Shown here: positions 11,801-23,653 of the stretch, one piece after another | Position numbering within the stretch: the stretch's first letter is position 1 | Layout of the letters: every line of letters begins with the position of its first letter | Assembly (NCBI GenBank): GCA_910592345.1 | Contig: CAJVPI010000169.1 | Span: forward strand, 1 to 46,856 | Direction of reading: 5' to 3' | Source: Paraglomus brasilianum | Taxonomy: Eukaryota | Length of the DNA stretch: 46,856 nt | Program-made: the position numbers and the translations under genes | The notes under the pieces: model-generated | Database searches by the model: none | Told to the model about the DNA's origin: nothing | Seen by the model: the letters and a program-made list of their open reading frames with translations, nothing else

Positions 11801-13589
11801 ATGCATGTCATTATGTAATCGCGTTACATGCACGAATAATCGTCCAATAAACTTGCAAGGCAAGAATCGCTAGCACAACATCCGAGTGTTCCTCGTGTGC
11901 ATAAAGATTTTTTTTGCAAATGAACCCTGTCAGTATGTGACCGTAGAATCCATGGCGCGAGATCGAAGGAAGCCAAAATGTTATTGTACATTAGCAGACA
12001 TTAACGTAAATGGCATTAACGTCAATAATGTTAGCAAATCTTTGTCCTTTTTATGATTGATTCTGAAAGAAAAACTACCAAGATTCTCACAATGCATATA
12101 CAAGATCTACCGTTGAAGGCCGCCGTTTCCGGCGATCTTCACACAGATCTAAGTTCCAACCCCTTCTCGGGGATCTGCGAAACTATCTAATGCAGGTTAG
12201 TACATTGGAACAAATGAACGAATAAAACTTTTGCTGGAAGAAACAAATTCCATAGTAAAATGTAATAAATGGTTAATTGTTCGATATTTTTAACGTTACT
12301 TGCGCTATTGGTGACCAATTTTGTACAAATGGTTTGATTTCGTGCGGAAAGACATCAATGTCAATAAGTACACGCAATTGCAAAAAATTGATTACAACCA
12401 TAGATTGTATTGATTATCTTGCCAATATTATTTAAATTAGTAATGATCTGTAACGTTCTGCTGGAGATAATAACAATTCACAAATTAGTTGGTCTGTAAG
12501 AAGTATGCTTAAGAATCTAAACATAATTATTTTACGACTTGGTTTCAACGTTCTTCAAACACGATAAGCGAATACCTAGCGCAACTGAGAAACTAATAAG
12601 TTGTACAGTAAATGTCTTCCTATTCCATTTTTATTTTCTTGTTAATAAGACTGGCCAACACATTATTTACAGCTTTCCATTTACATATTTCCCTTTTGTT
12701 TGAGTATTCGTTGAGCTTGAACTTTTTGTTTTACTCGTATTATTTAAACGTGTAAAACCGCGCGAATAATAAAATAATATTAAATTTATTGGTAAAATAT
12801 TAACTAATTTTTCTCCAATACAATATTTTACAAATTCGTTAAATAACTTTGGGAATTTTTAGGATAACTTAATATGGATATATCGTCCTTGAGGTATACT
12901 TGGAATGTTTGTACATGTTAGGCAATTCTATAATGACTAACATTAATGAAAATATATATATACTGTAAACGTGTTATCTTGTTGGGACATACAAGAAATT
13001 TTCTGAAATTTTATAATTTCCAATAACATGATTTATTTATTTCTTTGTTATGACGAAGTTAACCTGATTACGTGGTAATAATCGACATGCTAATTTTATC
13101 GCTTTTGACCAGTATCCAGTACATGTACAGTCTATTCCAATTTAATTAAAACCTTTTTATCCAAGAGATATTCAATGGCTACTGTTCGAAAAAAAATAAT
13201 AAACATTAACCATAAATTACCGTAAAACTCCACCAGTTTTAGAAGGCAGGTTTTGATTTATATCCGGGTACTAATATAATAATAATTTTCGATTTATAGC
13301 CCATTCTGTATTTTTCTGTTAGTATTGATTTGAACGTACATGTATGGTGCAATTTATCATTATAATCAATACATACTATATGTCAAGTCGACAATATTAA
13401 TATGTCAATAATATTTCGCGTCGTGTCACCTTTTTTTTCTCAATCAGCAATTGTGTGTCGGGCAATTGTACCCTGATTAATACGGTGTACCCCCCTACAG
13501 ACCCAGGGTACTAAATCAATTAGGGAAATACCCCGGGTACACATGTTGGTCAAAAAAGATAACAATGCTAATATTTATAAACGACTTGC

Positions 13590-14420
13590 TGTATAACTGT
13601 TTCTCGGTTTGAATAAACCTCCGGTAGGTAAAAAAAAGCTTGCTGGAATATTTACTCTCCTTCTTGAGACATGGTAAAGGTTTTATATCGCTGTGATATA
13701 TGTTATTCCATACGACGCCGTCAGAGAAATATTTGGTGATCGACTCACTGAATTCGCCTATATCTTGCCGATTATTAGGACCAGCGTCACACATCTTTTA
13801 TATGCCTCTGGTGCTGACTGTCTTTCACTTAAATTAAGACAATATGGATCATCATGCAAAACTATGTTCCCGCCATGAAGATCACAATACACTGATCCTG
13901 TATTGTGGATAGCAATATACTTCAAGTACTCTAATACCAATTCATCCTTCACGTCAAGTTGTTAAAGAATTGCCATTGTTAGCATATCATGTACCTGGGT
14001 CTTGTGTAACTCCACAATTTTGAGAAATTGATAAACTTGGTATGAGCACTTGACATGGTTTCTAAATTGTTAAATGGAAAGTCAGATTAAATATCATAAT
14101 CACTTTAATTAATAATCTCAAATATTGCTTACCTCGGTAATAAATAATTCCGGTGTTTCATCAAGAGTCTCAAAACGTTCGAGTAGAGCAAGATTTTTTT
14201 GGCATAATAAAATGTTGTTACACTTGACAGTATAAATTGTTCCATAACCACCAGATCCTATCTCTTTGAGTTTACCAAGTCGTTATACTGCATAAATTTA
14301 CACATCCATTAAGTCGTATAATTGGATGTATTTATGGTAGAAAACTAAATAATATGCTTGTCGAGTGATCCGATTATCCAAATATTCTCGGGGATTAATA
14401 TCTCCAGATATTCATTAATT
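13590..14420 (-). pseudogene. Tyrosine-kinase-like protein kinase pseudogene
   Basis: Fragments in the correct order on the minus strand: KEIGSGGYGTIY (Gly loop, about 14241-14260), ETPELFITE followed by a GTAAGC donor, IHNTGSVYCDLHGGNIVL (catalytic loop, about 13866-13883), CDAGPNNR and ..KYSSKL (tail). Multiple stops and frameshifts; subdomains VII-IX missing. Confidence 0.8.
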
Positions 14421-14689
14421 AGCCATTTGAATAAACAATACAATTATTACAGCAGTCAATATGCATAATACTATTTGCACTATTTACACGTGAAATGAGG
14501 TTTCAAGTCCTTTATTGATCACACATGGGTGGACCCTTATTTACTGTGTGTACACGTGAAATGATTCACCCCGATGAAAAATCTTTTTGAGCGTCAATTC
14601 ATTTGTCATCGGTTCTAACCATTTCGCTATAAGTGTGCGACCATGGCGTAATGAGGTCATTTCTCGTACGTTCATCAAAGGGAATACTC

Positions 14690-14793
14690 TATTTATGGCA
14701 AAATGGACTGTCGGCAAAATGCATTGTCGATGAAATGACTGTCGGAAAAATGTATTGTCGATGAAATGCTTGTCGATGAAATGAACCGGACCC
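14690..14793. mobile_element. MITE family 2, one terminus with subterminal repeats
   Basis: About five roughly 15-bp units of TGTCGATGAAATG ending in ATGAACCGGACCC. The same terminus occurs at 21185 and 23495. Confidence 0.65.
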
Positions 14794-14922
14794 AATGAAA
14801 TCCATTCCAAATTCGCATTATTTGGTGAGTTTGTCTGTAATTGAGATTTCTTAATAAACTTATCGAGTTGTTTATTGTTACTAGTCCATCATTGGATAAT
14901 TATTATGTCCACAAACGCATTA

Positions 14923-15005
14923 TAGTCAATAATTCCAACGCCGGTACTTTTATGGTCGTACAGCATAACTAATACGAATGGACTAAGTGTTGGAATTATT
15001 GATTA
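14923..15005. mobile_element. Small Tc1/mariner-type MITE
   Basis: TA|TAGTCAATAATTCCAAC ... GTTGGAATTATTGATTA|TA inverted repeats with TA flanks. Confidence 0.6.
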
Positions 15006-15936
15006 TAACCTACTGTAGTAGAGACACTTGTTATAAGTAATCCAAAAGCTTTATTGACATCAAATGGAAATTTTTTGATGCACGGATAGTCAAGGACATT
15101 ATTAAACGCAAAGACCGGATCAATCGATTATTACTAGTTTCAAAACATTCATACTTTATTACTGATATGTAAATAGTATTGCTTGATTTCAATTGTATTA
15201 CTAGACAAGTATTTTCCGGACGCGCGTTTGCAGTTGAGAACAACTAATAGATAGAGTAATCTATGAGTTAATTAACAAGGAGTGTACGCCAAGTCAGTTT
15301 GAATATGTTGAGCAGGAGAGCGTGATGTGCGAAATTTTGTTATCGAGCATGTTTTTGTAATATTTGCAATAGTTTATCTTCATTATAATAATAAATATCA
15401 CAATAAAAATTCGGTGCGTCAGTTAAACAAACAATAAAGCTAGAGCAATATTACTAATGACTATATTATGTTACGTAAACGATTATCTTAAATATTAATT
15501 CAGAATTTTGAATTTATCGTTATCCGAACATGGGATAATTCTTTCCTACTTTCAGAAAAATTTCCAGAAAACAACAACAACAATAATTGAGCAATTGAGC
15601 AAAAACTGAAAGAGAGACAATACGTTCTTTTATGTCATAAAAAACCTCCAAGCCTTTAGTGGTCATTTTGTATAGTCAGTAATCATAAATACTGAGTTCA
15701 GTTTACAGCAATTAGACAAACGTTTAACCCGATTTGTTGTATAAATCATTTATGCAAATATATTCCAAATATTTATTAGATTGTTGATTTGTTGATTTGT
15801 TTTTTGTTTTTTTGTTATTGGAACAAAAAGCTGTGGCTGCCTTCTTGATCACTAATTATTTTTATAATATGTTTGATGACTTGCATTCAAATGAATAAAT
15901 TGCTTTCGCAAGAAATCTAATACTATTTCAGTAAAT

Positions 15937-16995
15937 TTAAAAAAGTAAAAAAAAATGGATAAATAGCAGGTATATGGTTAAGTTAATAAAGTGTAAAGTA
16001 ATAACAAAAGATGCAAACAATTGACGAGTCATTTTGTAAAAGATACTTACTGTAAACTTCACTGTAACGTGTTCTTCGATGTGTTTCCACAGTTGTTCTA
16101 CGTAATCTTCACATTCCTTTTGATAGTTTAACCATTTTGTCCTAAAACGCCATGCTTCCAGTTCGTTGAGGTGCTGTCCTCGCTGTTGATAGCTGTCAAG
16201 CTCTTTGAGTAGTTCTTCAATCTTGACACCGCGCTTTTGCCAATAATCTTTCACTAGTCCAACTCCTATTGTTGCACTTTTCAAAGTTTCATGTAATGAT
16301 TCAACTGTCCTCTGGCTGTTTATTTGAATTTCCAGTTCATAAATTTCCTTCTTAAGCTGCTCGATACGCGCGGCCGCATCAATGAACGTTATGATGCCGA
16401 AAACTCCCGTAACTACACTTACACTCTCTATTTTCACAGTTGCTTCAGCAACTACCACTTCAGGCCCTAAAATACTAGACACTAGAGAAATTATACCAAA
16501 TCCTAACCCAAATAACCGCTTTGTAGCTGACTTGTTTTTACGTTGTTGCAAACGTCTCAGCTCTTCCCTTTTATCGATAAGGGTTTCCAGGGAATCTCTT
16601 ATATTATTCGAACAACCCTGCAAATTATCATATATCCTTCTAAATGTCTTTTCAAGACCGTTAGCAACGTTTTCGTTATCTCTCACAAAGTTCAAAAGTA
16701 CTTCCACCACATTTCTGTATTCCGCAATTTCAGTGCATACTATTCCAAGAAGTTCGACATGCGCGACTAGCCTAGAACTTCTGTCTCCAATGATTTTGCT
16801 CGCAATTAAAGAGTTCATTACAGTCTTACAAAATAAAGCCGCATTACTTTCAACTTCTTCGCCAATACTCTCTATGAGGCTCTGGGTTTTTGCTAGCTCC
16901 GAACATTTCTTAAATTCTTGGGCGGTAGTTATAATAAGCGAGCTTACTGAATTGGCAGCTACATACGACGAGCTTTCATCCACGGAATCCATCAT
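15937..16995 (-). CDS. ClyA/Hbl-Nhe-like helical protein, class A paralog A1
   Basis: First ATG at 16995 (MMDSVDESS). Long coiled-coil helices flank a hydrophobic hairpin (LFGLGFGIISLVSSILGPEVVV...VVTGVFGIITF). Family C-terminal motif YWQKRG...KWLNYQKECEDY. A likely GTAAGT donor at 16050 makes the last 37 ORF codons probably intronic. Confidence 0.75.
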   Translation of the reverse strand: MMDSVDESSSYVAANSVSSLIITTAQEFKKCSELAKTQSLIESIGEEVESNAALFCKTVMNSLIASKIIGDRSSRLVAHVELLGIVCTEIAEYRNVVEVLLNFVRDNENVANGLEKTFRRIYDNLQGCSNNIRDSLETLIDKREELRRLQQRKNKSATKRLFGLGFGIISLVSSILGPEVVVAEATVKIESVSVVTGVFGIITFIDAAARIEQLKKEIYELEIQINSQRTVESLHETLKSATIGVGLVKDYWQKRGVKIEELLKELDSYQQRGQHLNELEAWRFRTKWLNYQKECEDYVEQLWKHIEEHVTVKFTVSIFYKMTRQLFASFVITLHFINLTIYLLFIHFFLLF

Positions 16996-17719
16996 TACAA
17001 GACTCGAGAGAATTAACGCGCGGAAGCACAATTTTTATTGTTACCGTATCCGCTCGTGAATATGAAAATGATCGGCAAACCGTCACGTAAACTTACGAAA
17101 ATAAGCGCCCCCCAAAATAAGTAATCCTTCTAAATGTTTCTATATGCATGTGACTGCACACCTGCAGACCTGTGATTTGTATTACACAAAGATGGTAATA
17201 AAAACTATCGTGTATTCCAAGTTTGCAAGTCATCGCGTACAGAGAATTTAATGACAACTCTTGGTATTATGGTAATAAAATGTGCTGTTTGTTGTTTCGT
17301 TAATAAAGGCTGTCGGACGTATATGGGTATTGCAAATGAACTAAATTGATAACAAGTGATTTTCTCCTCATTATCTTATCAAGATGCCCAGAGAAGCAAA
17401 AGTTATCCTGCTTCCTGAACAATTGATAATATTGATTATGCAACAATGACGAGTAATCATGCTGCAGCGCGAATGTTTGCTGTGACCATATGCAAATTAG
17501 TAGATGGCAAAGACCTGAGAAAGGCAAGACTACAAAATTACGGAGTAGAAATGAATCAACGCGAAGGAGAAATATGTGTTTTTTTATTGTCTACACCTAC
17601 GATTGAAGGAGAAATATGCGACACCCTATGAAACGATTACTTGCTACAGATTTCAAACAATTGTATCCTGATGCTATCAGCAACTTCAAAACCTCGGATC
17701 TGTATTTATAAATGTTCTC

Positions 17720-18160
17720 TCAACCGCATCAATAACATGGACGAGACGCCTATCTTTTTCGACATGGTCGGTGCTCTTACACTTGATTACCGTGGTGCAC
17801 AATCAATACCCATTGTACAACCGGAAATAATAAGAATCGACTTGCTAGTGTTTTGGGTACATGGCAGATGGAACCAAGCTCCCACCTCGTACCTTTACTT
17901 TTAGCGTACAAGCTTCGGTGTGGTAGGATAGCATGCACACAATTCGGATTTCGAGTTTGCGAGCAACTTGTGTGCTCTGCGTCAACATGATGACGGCCAC
18001 CGATGGCTATTTTTAAAGGAAAGAGAAAAAATATTAGTCAAAACGATTAATATGTCATTGGATTATGGAAGCATGGAATAGCATTCCAGCGGAAATAACT
18101 GTCAAGTCCTTTGGGAAATGCGGCATCTCAAATGCTTTAGACGGCTCAGAAAATGGTTCG
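17720..18160 (+). mobile_element. pogo/Tigger-like DDE_1 transposase remnant
   Basis: INNMDETPIFFDMVGALTLDYRGAQSIPI, then frameshifted TGNNKNR..C and DGTKLPP, and later WIMEAWNSIPAEITVKSFGKCGISNALDGSE. These are pogo-family motifs; the copy is internally deleted. Confidence 0.85.
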
Positions 18161-19587
18161 ATTAATGTTGGGATAAGAGTGTATTGTAATGACATTGGAG
18201 GATATTAGCGTAGACTTGTAACCCGCCGCATAAAGTGTCGTGTGTAACTGTCAATGAATTAAATATTTAAGTAGAGTTTCGGTACAATTTTGTTAGCAAC
18301 TGTTAATTTCCACTTTTCACAGCAGACAACGTGCATAAACCAAGTCGTCAAGCGGTTCTTTAAATACAAAATTACAAGTCTCTTTAATGCGTCAGCTTAT
18401 ATTTTTCTACAACGCGGCTAAATAGTCCCCCGCAATTCAAGCAAAATTTGGGATTATTCTCAAAATCAAAAAACAATAACACGCAAATGGGAAACACCCC
18501 CCTGAAAAGAGAGTTAACACATACTTTCATGCTTTTTGGCGATTGCTTTGTACGGTCAGTAATAACAAGTTACTTGGGCGCTGATAAGCAAGTTTTGCGG
18601 CAAGTAGACAAAAGCCTAACCTGGTTGATACAAGAGTATTCACTAATAATGCAAATAGATTCTGGTTAATTGGTAAGAGCAAATGGTAACCATCGACCAA
18701 GGTATGATATGCAAAGTTATACTCCATGGATTGATCATTTACGTTATATTCCGCTTAATTCATTAGACGACATGCATGCCATTCACTCTATTAATGTACG
18801 AGGAAGAGAAATACCGAACTGGACAGATATTAACATCAACGAATACATGACGTAGTTGGTGTTGATGTCTGCTTTTCCTAGAGAACAGCACATGAACGTA
18901 CACTGCCTTTAGCACTATTTTTGAACAGATACTATCACATGATGATATCGATAATCAAATATATTGCTATTTTGTTGTTATTCATAGAATTTATTAGTAT
19001 TAGTAATTAATAGATGCGCGAACTTTCATGATGCTATGCGAGCAGCGAATTGGTATTTGCTTTTCTATTGGGAATGAATCGAATGCTTTTCTCACATTAA
19101 GTACATGATGTTACACTACCTTGTTAAAGAAGATTCACCACCAACGACAAGATCAAAACGAAGCAGAGTCACATCAGTTTACAGTTGTTACTATTCCCAG
19201 AAAGAAAGATCCGAGGTAATATGTCATCCACAATTACGCCATCTTTTTGATGATAAAAATAAAGAACAGATTCGGACTGTTTTTCATTTCATAAATCCAT
19301 TGTACTAGATTTAGTATAGTAAGATTTTTGTAAAAGAGCAATGCACCCAAGACTGGTTTGCACATAATTTTTATTTGCACAAAAGTGTAGACTTGAAACC
19401 AGTGTTCATTCTCGCATAAGTTGAATAGAATCAATTATGTGAACATTTTAATAGCTGTACTAAATTTAATACAATCGTCAAACAGATACTCATTAATAAC
19501 AGAAAAAATGCAAACATTAACATGCATGCTTAATATTGCCAAGAGGGCAATGATTGATTCCCATAGTAAAAAAATCTGTAAAATTGT

Positions 19588-20511
19588 TCAAAACATTACT
19601 ATGACGTGTTCTTCAATGTGTTTACACAGTTGTTCTACATATTCTTCACACTCCTTTTGATAGTTTATCCATTTTGTCTTAAAACGCCATGCTTCCAGTT
19701 CATTGAGGCGCAGCCCTCGCTGTTCATAGTTGTCAAGCTCTTTTAGTAGTCCTTCAATCTCAAAACCGCGCTTTTGCCAATAATCCTTCACTTGACCAAC
19801 TCCCATTGTTGCACTTTTCAAAGCCTCGTGTAATGATTCAATTGTCTTGCCGCTGTTTATTTGAGCTTCCAATTCACGAATTTCCTTCCTAAGCTGCTCG
19901 ATAAGCGCAGACGCATCGATAAATGTCTTGACGCCGATGGCTCCCGTAACTGCACTTACACCCTCCACAACCATTGTTTCTGGCCCCAAAATACTAGACA
20001 TTAGAGAAACCATACCCAACCCTAACCCGACTAACTGTTTTGTAGCCGTGTCGTTTTTACCTCGCTGTAAACGCTTCAGTTCATCCTTTTTATCGTCGAG
20101 GGTTTCCAAGCAATCTCTTATGCTATTCGAATAAACCTTCAATCTATCATATATCCCCCCAAATCTCGTTTCAAGATCGCTAGCAATGTTTTCGTTTTTT
20201 CTCACAAATTTCAAAAGTGTTTCCACCGCATTCCTGTATGGTGCAATGTCTGTGCATAGTAGTCCAAGAAGTTCACCACGTGCGACCATCTTGAAGCTTT
20301 CTTTGAACATACTAGTACTCGCAAATAAAGAAGCCATGACGGTTTTACAAAATAAAGCCCTATTATCTTCGACTTCTTCAGCAATACTCTCTATAAGGTC
20401 CTGATTTTTTGCTAGCTCCGAACATGTCTTAAATTTGTTGGCAGCAGTTATTATATGCGAACTTACTAAATCGGCAGGTGTATACGAGCTTTCCGAATCC
20501 ACGAAATCCAT
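19588..20511 (-). CDS. ClyA/Hbl-Nhe-like helical protein, class A paralog A2 (307 aa)
   Basis: ATG at 20511 (MDFVDSES). Closely alignable to A1 throughout. Hairpin LVGLGLGMVSLMSSILGPETMVVEGVSAVTGAIGV; C-terminal YWQKRG...KWINYQKECEEY. Confidence 0.8.
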   Translation of the reverse strand: MDFVDSESSYTPADLVSSHIITAANKFKTCSELAKNQDLIESIAEEVEDNRALFCKTVMASLFASTSMFKESFKMVARGELLGLLCTDIAPYRNAVETLLKFVRKNENIASDLETRFGGIYDRLKVYSNSIRDCLETLDDKKDELKRLQRGKNDTATKQLVGLGLGMVSLMSSILGPETMVVEGVSAVTGAIGVKTFIDASALIEQLRKEIRELEAQINSGKTIESLHEALKSATMGVGQVKDYWQKRGFEIEGLLKELDNYEQRGLRLNELEAWRFKTKWINYQKECEEYVEQLCKHIEEHVIVMF

Positions 20512-20711
20512 CGTGCGCAACTCGAATATCTTAAGGGTTTATTGATTGACCGCGGTATACAATACGAAATTTTAACCACACGTTTGACTGTGTAGGGTTG
20601 TAAAAAAATTTTTCTTTCGGAACAGAGAATATTCGAAGCAAAGAAGCAATGAAAAGAAGCAACAAATAATTTCGTGCTACGGGTTTGTATGTAGATGTTA
20701 GTTTACCAACG

Positions 20712-20816
20712 ATCCCAGGTGCGTGACAACTTTGTTATAGTTGATGTATATATATAAATAAATTTATTGGTCAGCATATAGTTGTGTCACAATAACAAAG
20801 TCACGCACCTTCGGAT
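20712..20816. repeat. Inverted repeat / possible MITE upstream of A2
   Basis: ATCCCAGGTGCGTGACAACTTTGTTAT ... ATAACAAAGTCACGCACCTTCGGAT imperfect inverted repeat around an AT-rich core. Confidence 0.55.
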
Positions 20817-21039
20817 TGACATATGTAAATTAGCAACAATTATGTAACATAGTAATAGGAATAGTTTGACATTAATAATAATAATGTTAGCTCTGTTGCT
20901 ATTATAAATAATTAATACAGTAATGATTTGCACTATAAGCTCGACATTATAATGTATTACTGTATTAAGCTTGAATGAAACATTGATTCGAATGTGATAA
21001 CAGCTTAATTTGAGATCGACAATTATTAGGTGTCCAAAT

Positions 21040-21185
21040 GGGAGGCATTTATTTCATTGACAATCATTTCATCGACACCGACAGTCACTTCACATGACAC
21101 ATTGTTTATCGCACTTATCATTGGTTTTCGATGAAATTTATGTCGGTGAAACGTACTGTCGGTGACGATGAAATGAACCGGACCC
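21040..21185. mobile_element. MITE family 2, complete copy with 8-bp target-site duplication
   Basis: GGG...CATTTCATCGACA repeats at left, inverted TGTCGGTGAAA...ATGAACCGGACCC at right. GTCCAAAT duplicated at 21032..21039 and 21186..21193. Confidence 0.8.
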
Positions 21186-21414
21186 GTCCAAATTGACCAA
21201 CAGCACAGCTGATGATCACAATAATTGATGTCGCCTATGCATTTGAAAATATGGCAACTAAAACACTCATCCATGGATGTGTCTCTTGTAAATACCGTAG
21301 GTTTATTAGTGTGCGCACAACATAAACATGCTCATACATCATCGATTTACAAGAAACCCAGTACTCTTTCCTCAGTAAACATAAAATGATAACAAAGAAA
21401 ACAACGGCTGGCTC

Positions 21415-22296
21415 TTATAATACAATTGTGCTCGAATATTTCGAGTACTCTTTCTGATAATCTAACCACTCCGTCCTAAAGTTCCGCGCTTCCGCTTCGT
21501 CGAGGTGTTGTCCTCGCTGTTCATGATTTTCAAGCTTTTTAAGAAGTCCTTCAAGACCATAATTGCGCTTTTTCCAATACGCCTTTGTTTGGCCAGCTTC
21601 AACTGTCGCACCTCTCAAAGCTTCATACAATACCTCAACTGTTTTCTTGCTGTTTATTTGAATTTCTAATTTCTTAATTTTCTCCCTAAGCTGTTCAATA
21701 TGCTCACACGCGCCAGAACAAGTGTTGGAATTGTAAGCCGCGCTCAGGCTCGCACCTCCAAGTAATAGTTCAGGCGCAAAACCACCAACCGTGAATGATG
21801 CAGCTAGAGAAAGTATGTTCGCTGCTGTGGACCATTTTCCAGTTGACTGTCGTTTATCTGGTTTGTATTTATTTTGCTGCAGACGCTTCAGTTCTTCCTT
21901 TATATCGTTAAAGTCTTCCAAGTAATCTTTTATGTTATTCGAACAACTCTTCAAATTATCAGATATTTCTTCGAAAGCCGTTTCAAGACCATTAGCAACG
22001 TTTTCGTATTTTCTCACGAAAATCAGAAGTGTTTCTATTGCATTTTTATATTGTGCAATATCTGTGGATACTGGTTCAACAAGTTCAACATCTGTGACTG
22101 GCTTAAAACTTTCCTCTAATATGCTTTTGTTTCCAGATATAAAATTCACGACGGCTTTATAAAATAAATCCTTATTGACCTCGACTTCTTTAGCCATACT
22201 CTCCATAATCTTCTGACCTTCTGCTAGATCCGAACATTTCTCAAATGCTTGGGCGGCAGTTACTATAAGCGAGCTTCCTGGATTCACAGGCTCCAT
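21415..22296 (-). CDS. ClyA/Hbl-Nhe-like helical protein, class A paralog A3 (293 aa)
   Basis: ATG at 22296 (MEPVNPGSSLIVTAAQ). Aligns with A1, A2 and A5. Shorter hairpin ILSLAASFTVGGFAPELLLGGASLSAA; C-terminal YWKKRN...EWLDYQKEY. Confidence 0.8.
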   Translation of the reverse strand: MEPVNPGSSLIVTAAQAFEKCSDLAEGQKIMESMAKEVEVNKDLFYKAVVNFISGNKSILEESFKPVTDVELVEPVSTDIAQYKNAIETLLIFVRKYENVANGLETAFEEISDNLKSCSNNIKDYLEDFNDIKEELKRLQQNKYKPDKRQSTGKWSTAANILSLAASFTVGGFAPELLLGGASLSAAYNSNTCSGACEHIEQLREKIKKLEIQINSKKTVEVLYEALRGATVEAGQTKAYWKKRNYGLEGLLKKLENHEQRGQHLDEAEARNFRTEWLDYQKEYSKYSSTIVL

Positions 22297-22943
22297 TAAC
22301 AAGACTCGAGAGACATTGTGCGGAGCACTCGAGAATTTATTCCGAAGTGTTACTTACTAACTCAGTTTGGATGTTTTTTCGGAGTATCATTCCTTAACTT
22401 CTAAATCTGGAACATATGATGTGCAGCAAACTAAGTCTTTGAGTGTAAACAATTAGAATTAACTGAATGATAACAACAGTAGATTATACCAAAGTTTGAC
22501 GTCTTATTCAAAACAATTTATCAGCTTGCCAAATCTCGTGTTTTTGGGAACTGTAAATTTCTGCTCAGACTAGGTCTAGTAGATAATAGCTAATTATTAG
22601 GTACCAAACAATGTTTATGTCAAAATATATTCAGTTAAAGAAAAGGTTATTACGCAACGCAAAGATTTCTCCAGCCGTATAATATCGACTGAATTCTAAA
22701 TAGTTTTTTGTCGCCGGTACAATAATTACACTATTAATATTAACAGCTTACTAATCTGTTTAATTCATTCTATCTATTGATTTTAAACGTTCATTGGTCG
22801 TTCGAATATTTACTAACATAAGTACTGGATCAGCTCGACAATCACTTAGAAAAAGCTTTATTTAATATCTCTATTCTCCGTATATACTATGTAAACGTAG
22901 ACTTTAGTAGTGACCAATATGTAAATCATTATTGTATATTATA

Positions 22944-23089
22944 CAGTCAACTCTCTTTATAGGGACCTTATAAGGACCCGATGACTTATAAGGACCACCT
23001 GCGCTTCCAATCATATTTTTATGAGGACCCGCTGTTTATAAGGAAGCGATTTGCTTTGTCCGAGGTGTTCTTATGAAGAGAGTTGACAG
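22944..23089. mobile_element. Tc1/mariner-type MITE
   Basis: TA|CAGTCAACTCTCTTTATA ... TATGAAGAGAGTTGACAG|TA, with internal TTATAAGGACC repeats. Confidence 0.8.
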
Positions 23090-23383
23090 TATCGATAAAG
23101 TTACAACGTGAAACATATGAAAATTATAATACGTCAAGTCACTTTATCATTAAAACGGTTTATTCAAAGTAACGTCATTTATTTCAACAATACAATACGA
23201 ACGTTATTGTTACCTTCATAGCATATACTAATACGGACAACAGAAATAAAGATTTTATTTGTTTTTTACTAATTACTAATTGATTATCAAACTGAATCGA
23301 TACTTTGCGCGCTAAGCTATGTTATTGTTGGTTACATGAGACGATGTATAGTAACGTATCAAAGCAACTGATTCCTGCTAAAT

Positions 23384-23495
23384 CAATCATTTCACCGACA
23401 AATATTCACCAACATTATTTCGAAGTTATCCTTTTTTGTTAGTTAATTGTGGTGAAATGTACTGTCGGTGATTGTCGATGAAATAATACGGACCC
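23384..23495. mobile_element. MITE family 2, degenerate copy
   Basis: CAATCATTTCACCGACA ... TGTCGGTGATTGTCGATGAAATAATACGGACCC, matching the copy at 21040..21185. Confidence 0.6.
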
Positions 23496-23506
23496 ATATA
23501 AATACA

Positions 23507-23653
23507 TGTTGTGTCTGAGTTTGCGACCTGTCTCGGTTCAGAACCCAGTCACTCAGTCCAGAACTCAGTTGTCTCAGTTCTCAGTTCCGAACTCAGACAC
23601 TCAGTCCAGAACTCAGTTGTTTCGGTCCAGAGGTCTCCAACTGAGATACAGCA
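23507..23653. mobile_element. MITE family 1, longer copy
   Basis: TGTTGTGTCTGAGTTTG ... CCAACTGAGATACAGCA with internal CTCAGTCCAGAACTCAG repeats and TACA on both flanks. Same ends as 5801..5885. Confidence 0.7.

Noticed and set aside
14541..14810. 89-aa ORF with HFIDK repeats, and the related ORF 21026..21274
   Set aside because: Translation of MITE family 2 subterminal repeats.
16382..17059. 225-aa plus-strand ORF, and similar antisense ORFs at 19928, 20186, 21932, 34654, 37114, 38531 and 40644
   Set aside because: Antisense shadows of the helical-protein genes; S/L/T-rich, no motifs, and not conserved as intact ORFs among paralogs.
18448..18855. Two adjacent ORFs separated by one stop, possibly a pseudogene
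   Set aside because: No recognisable family motif, so no call can be supported.
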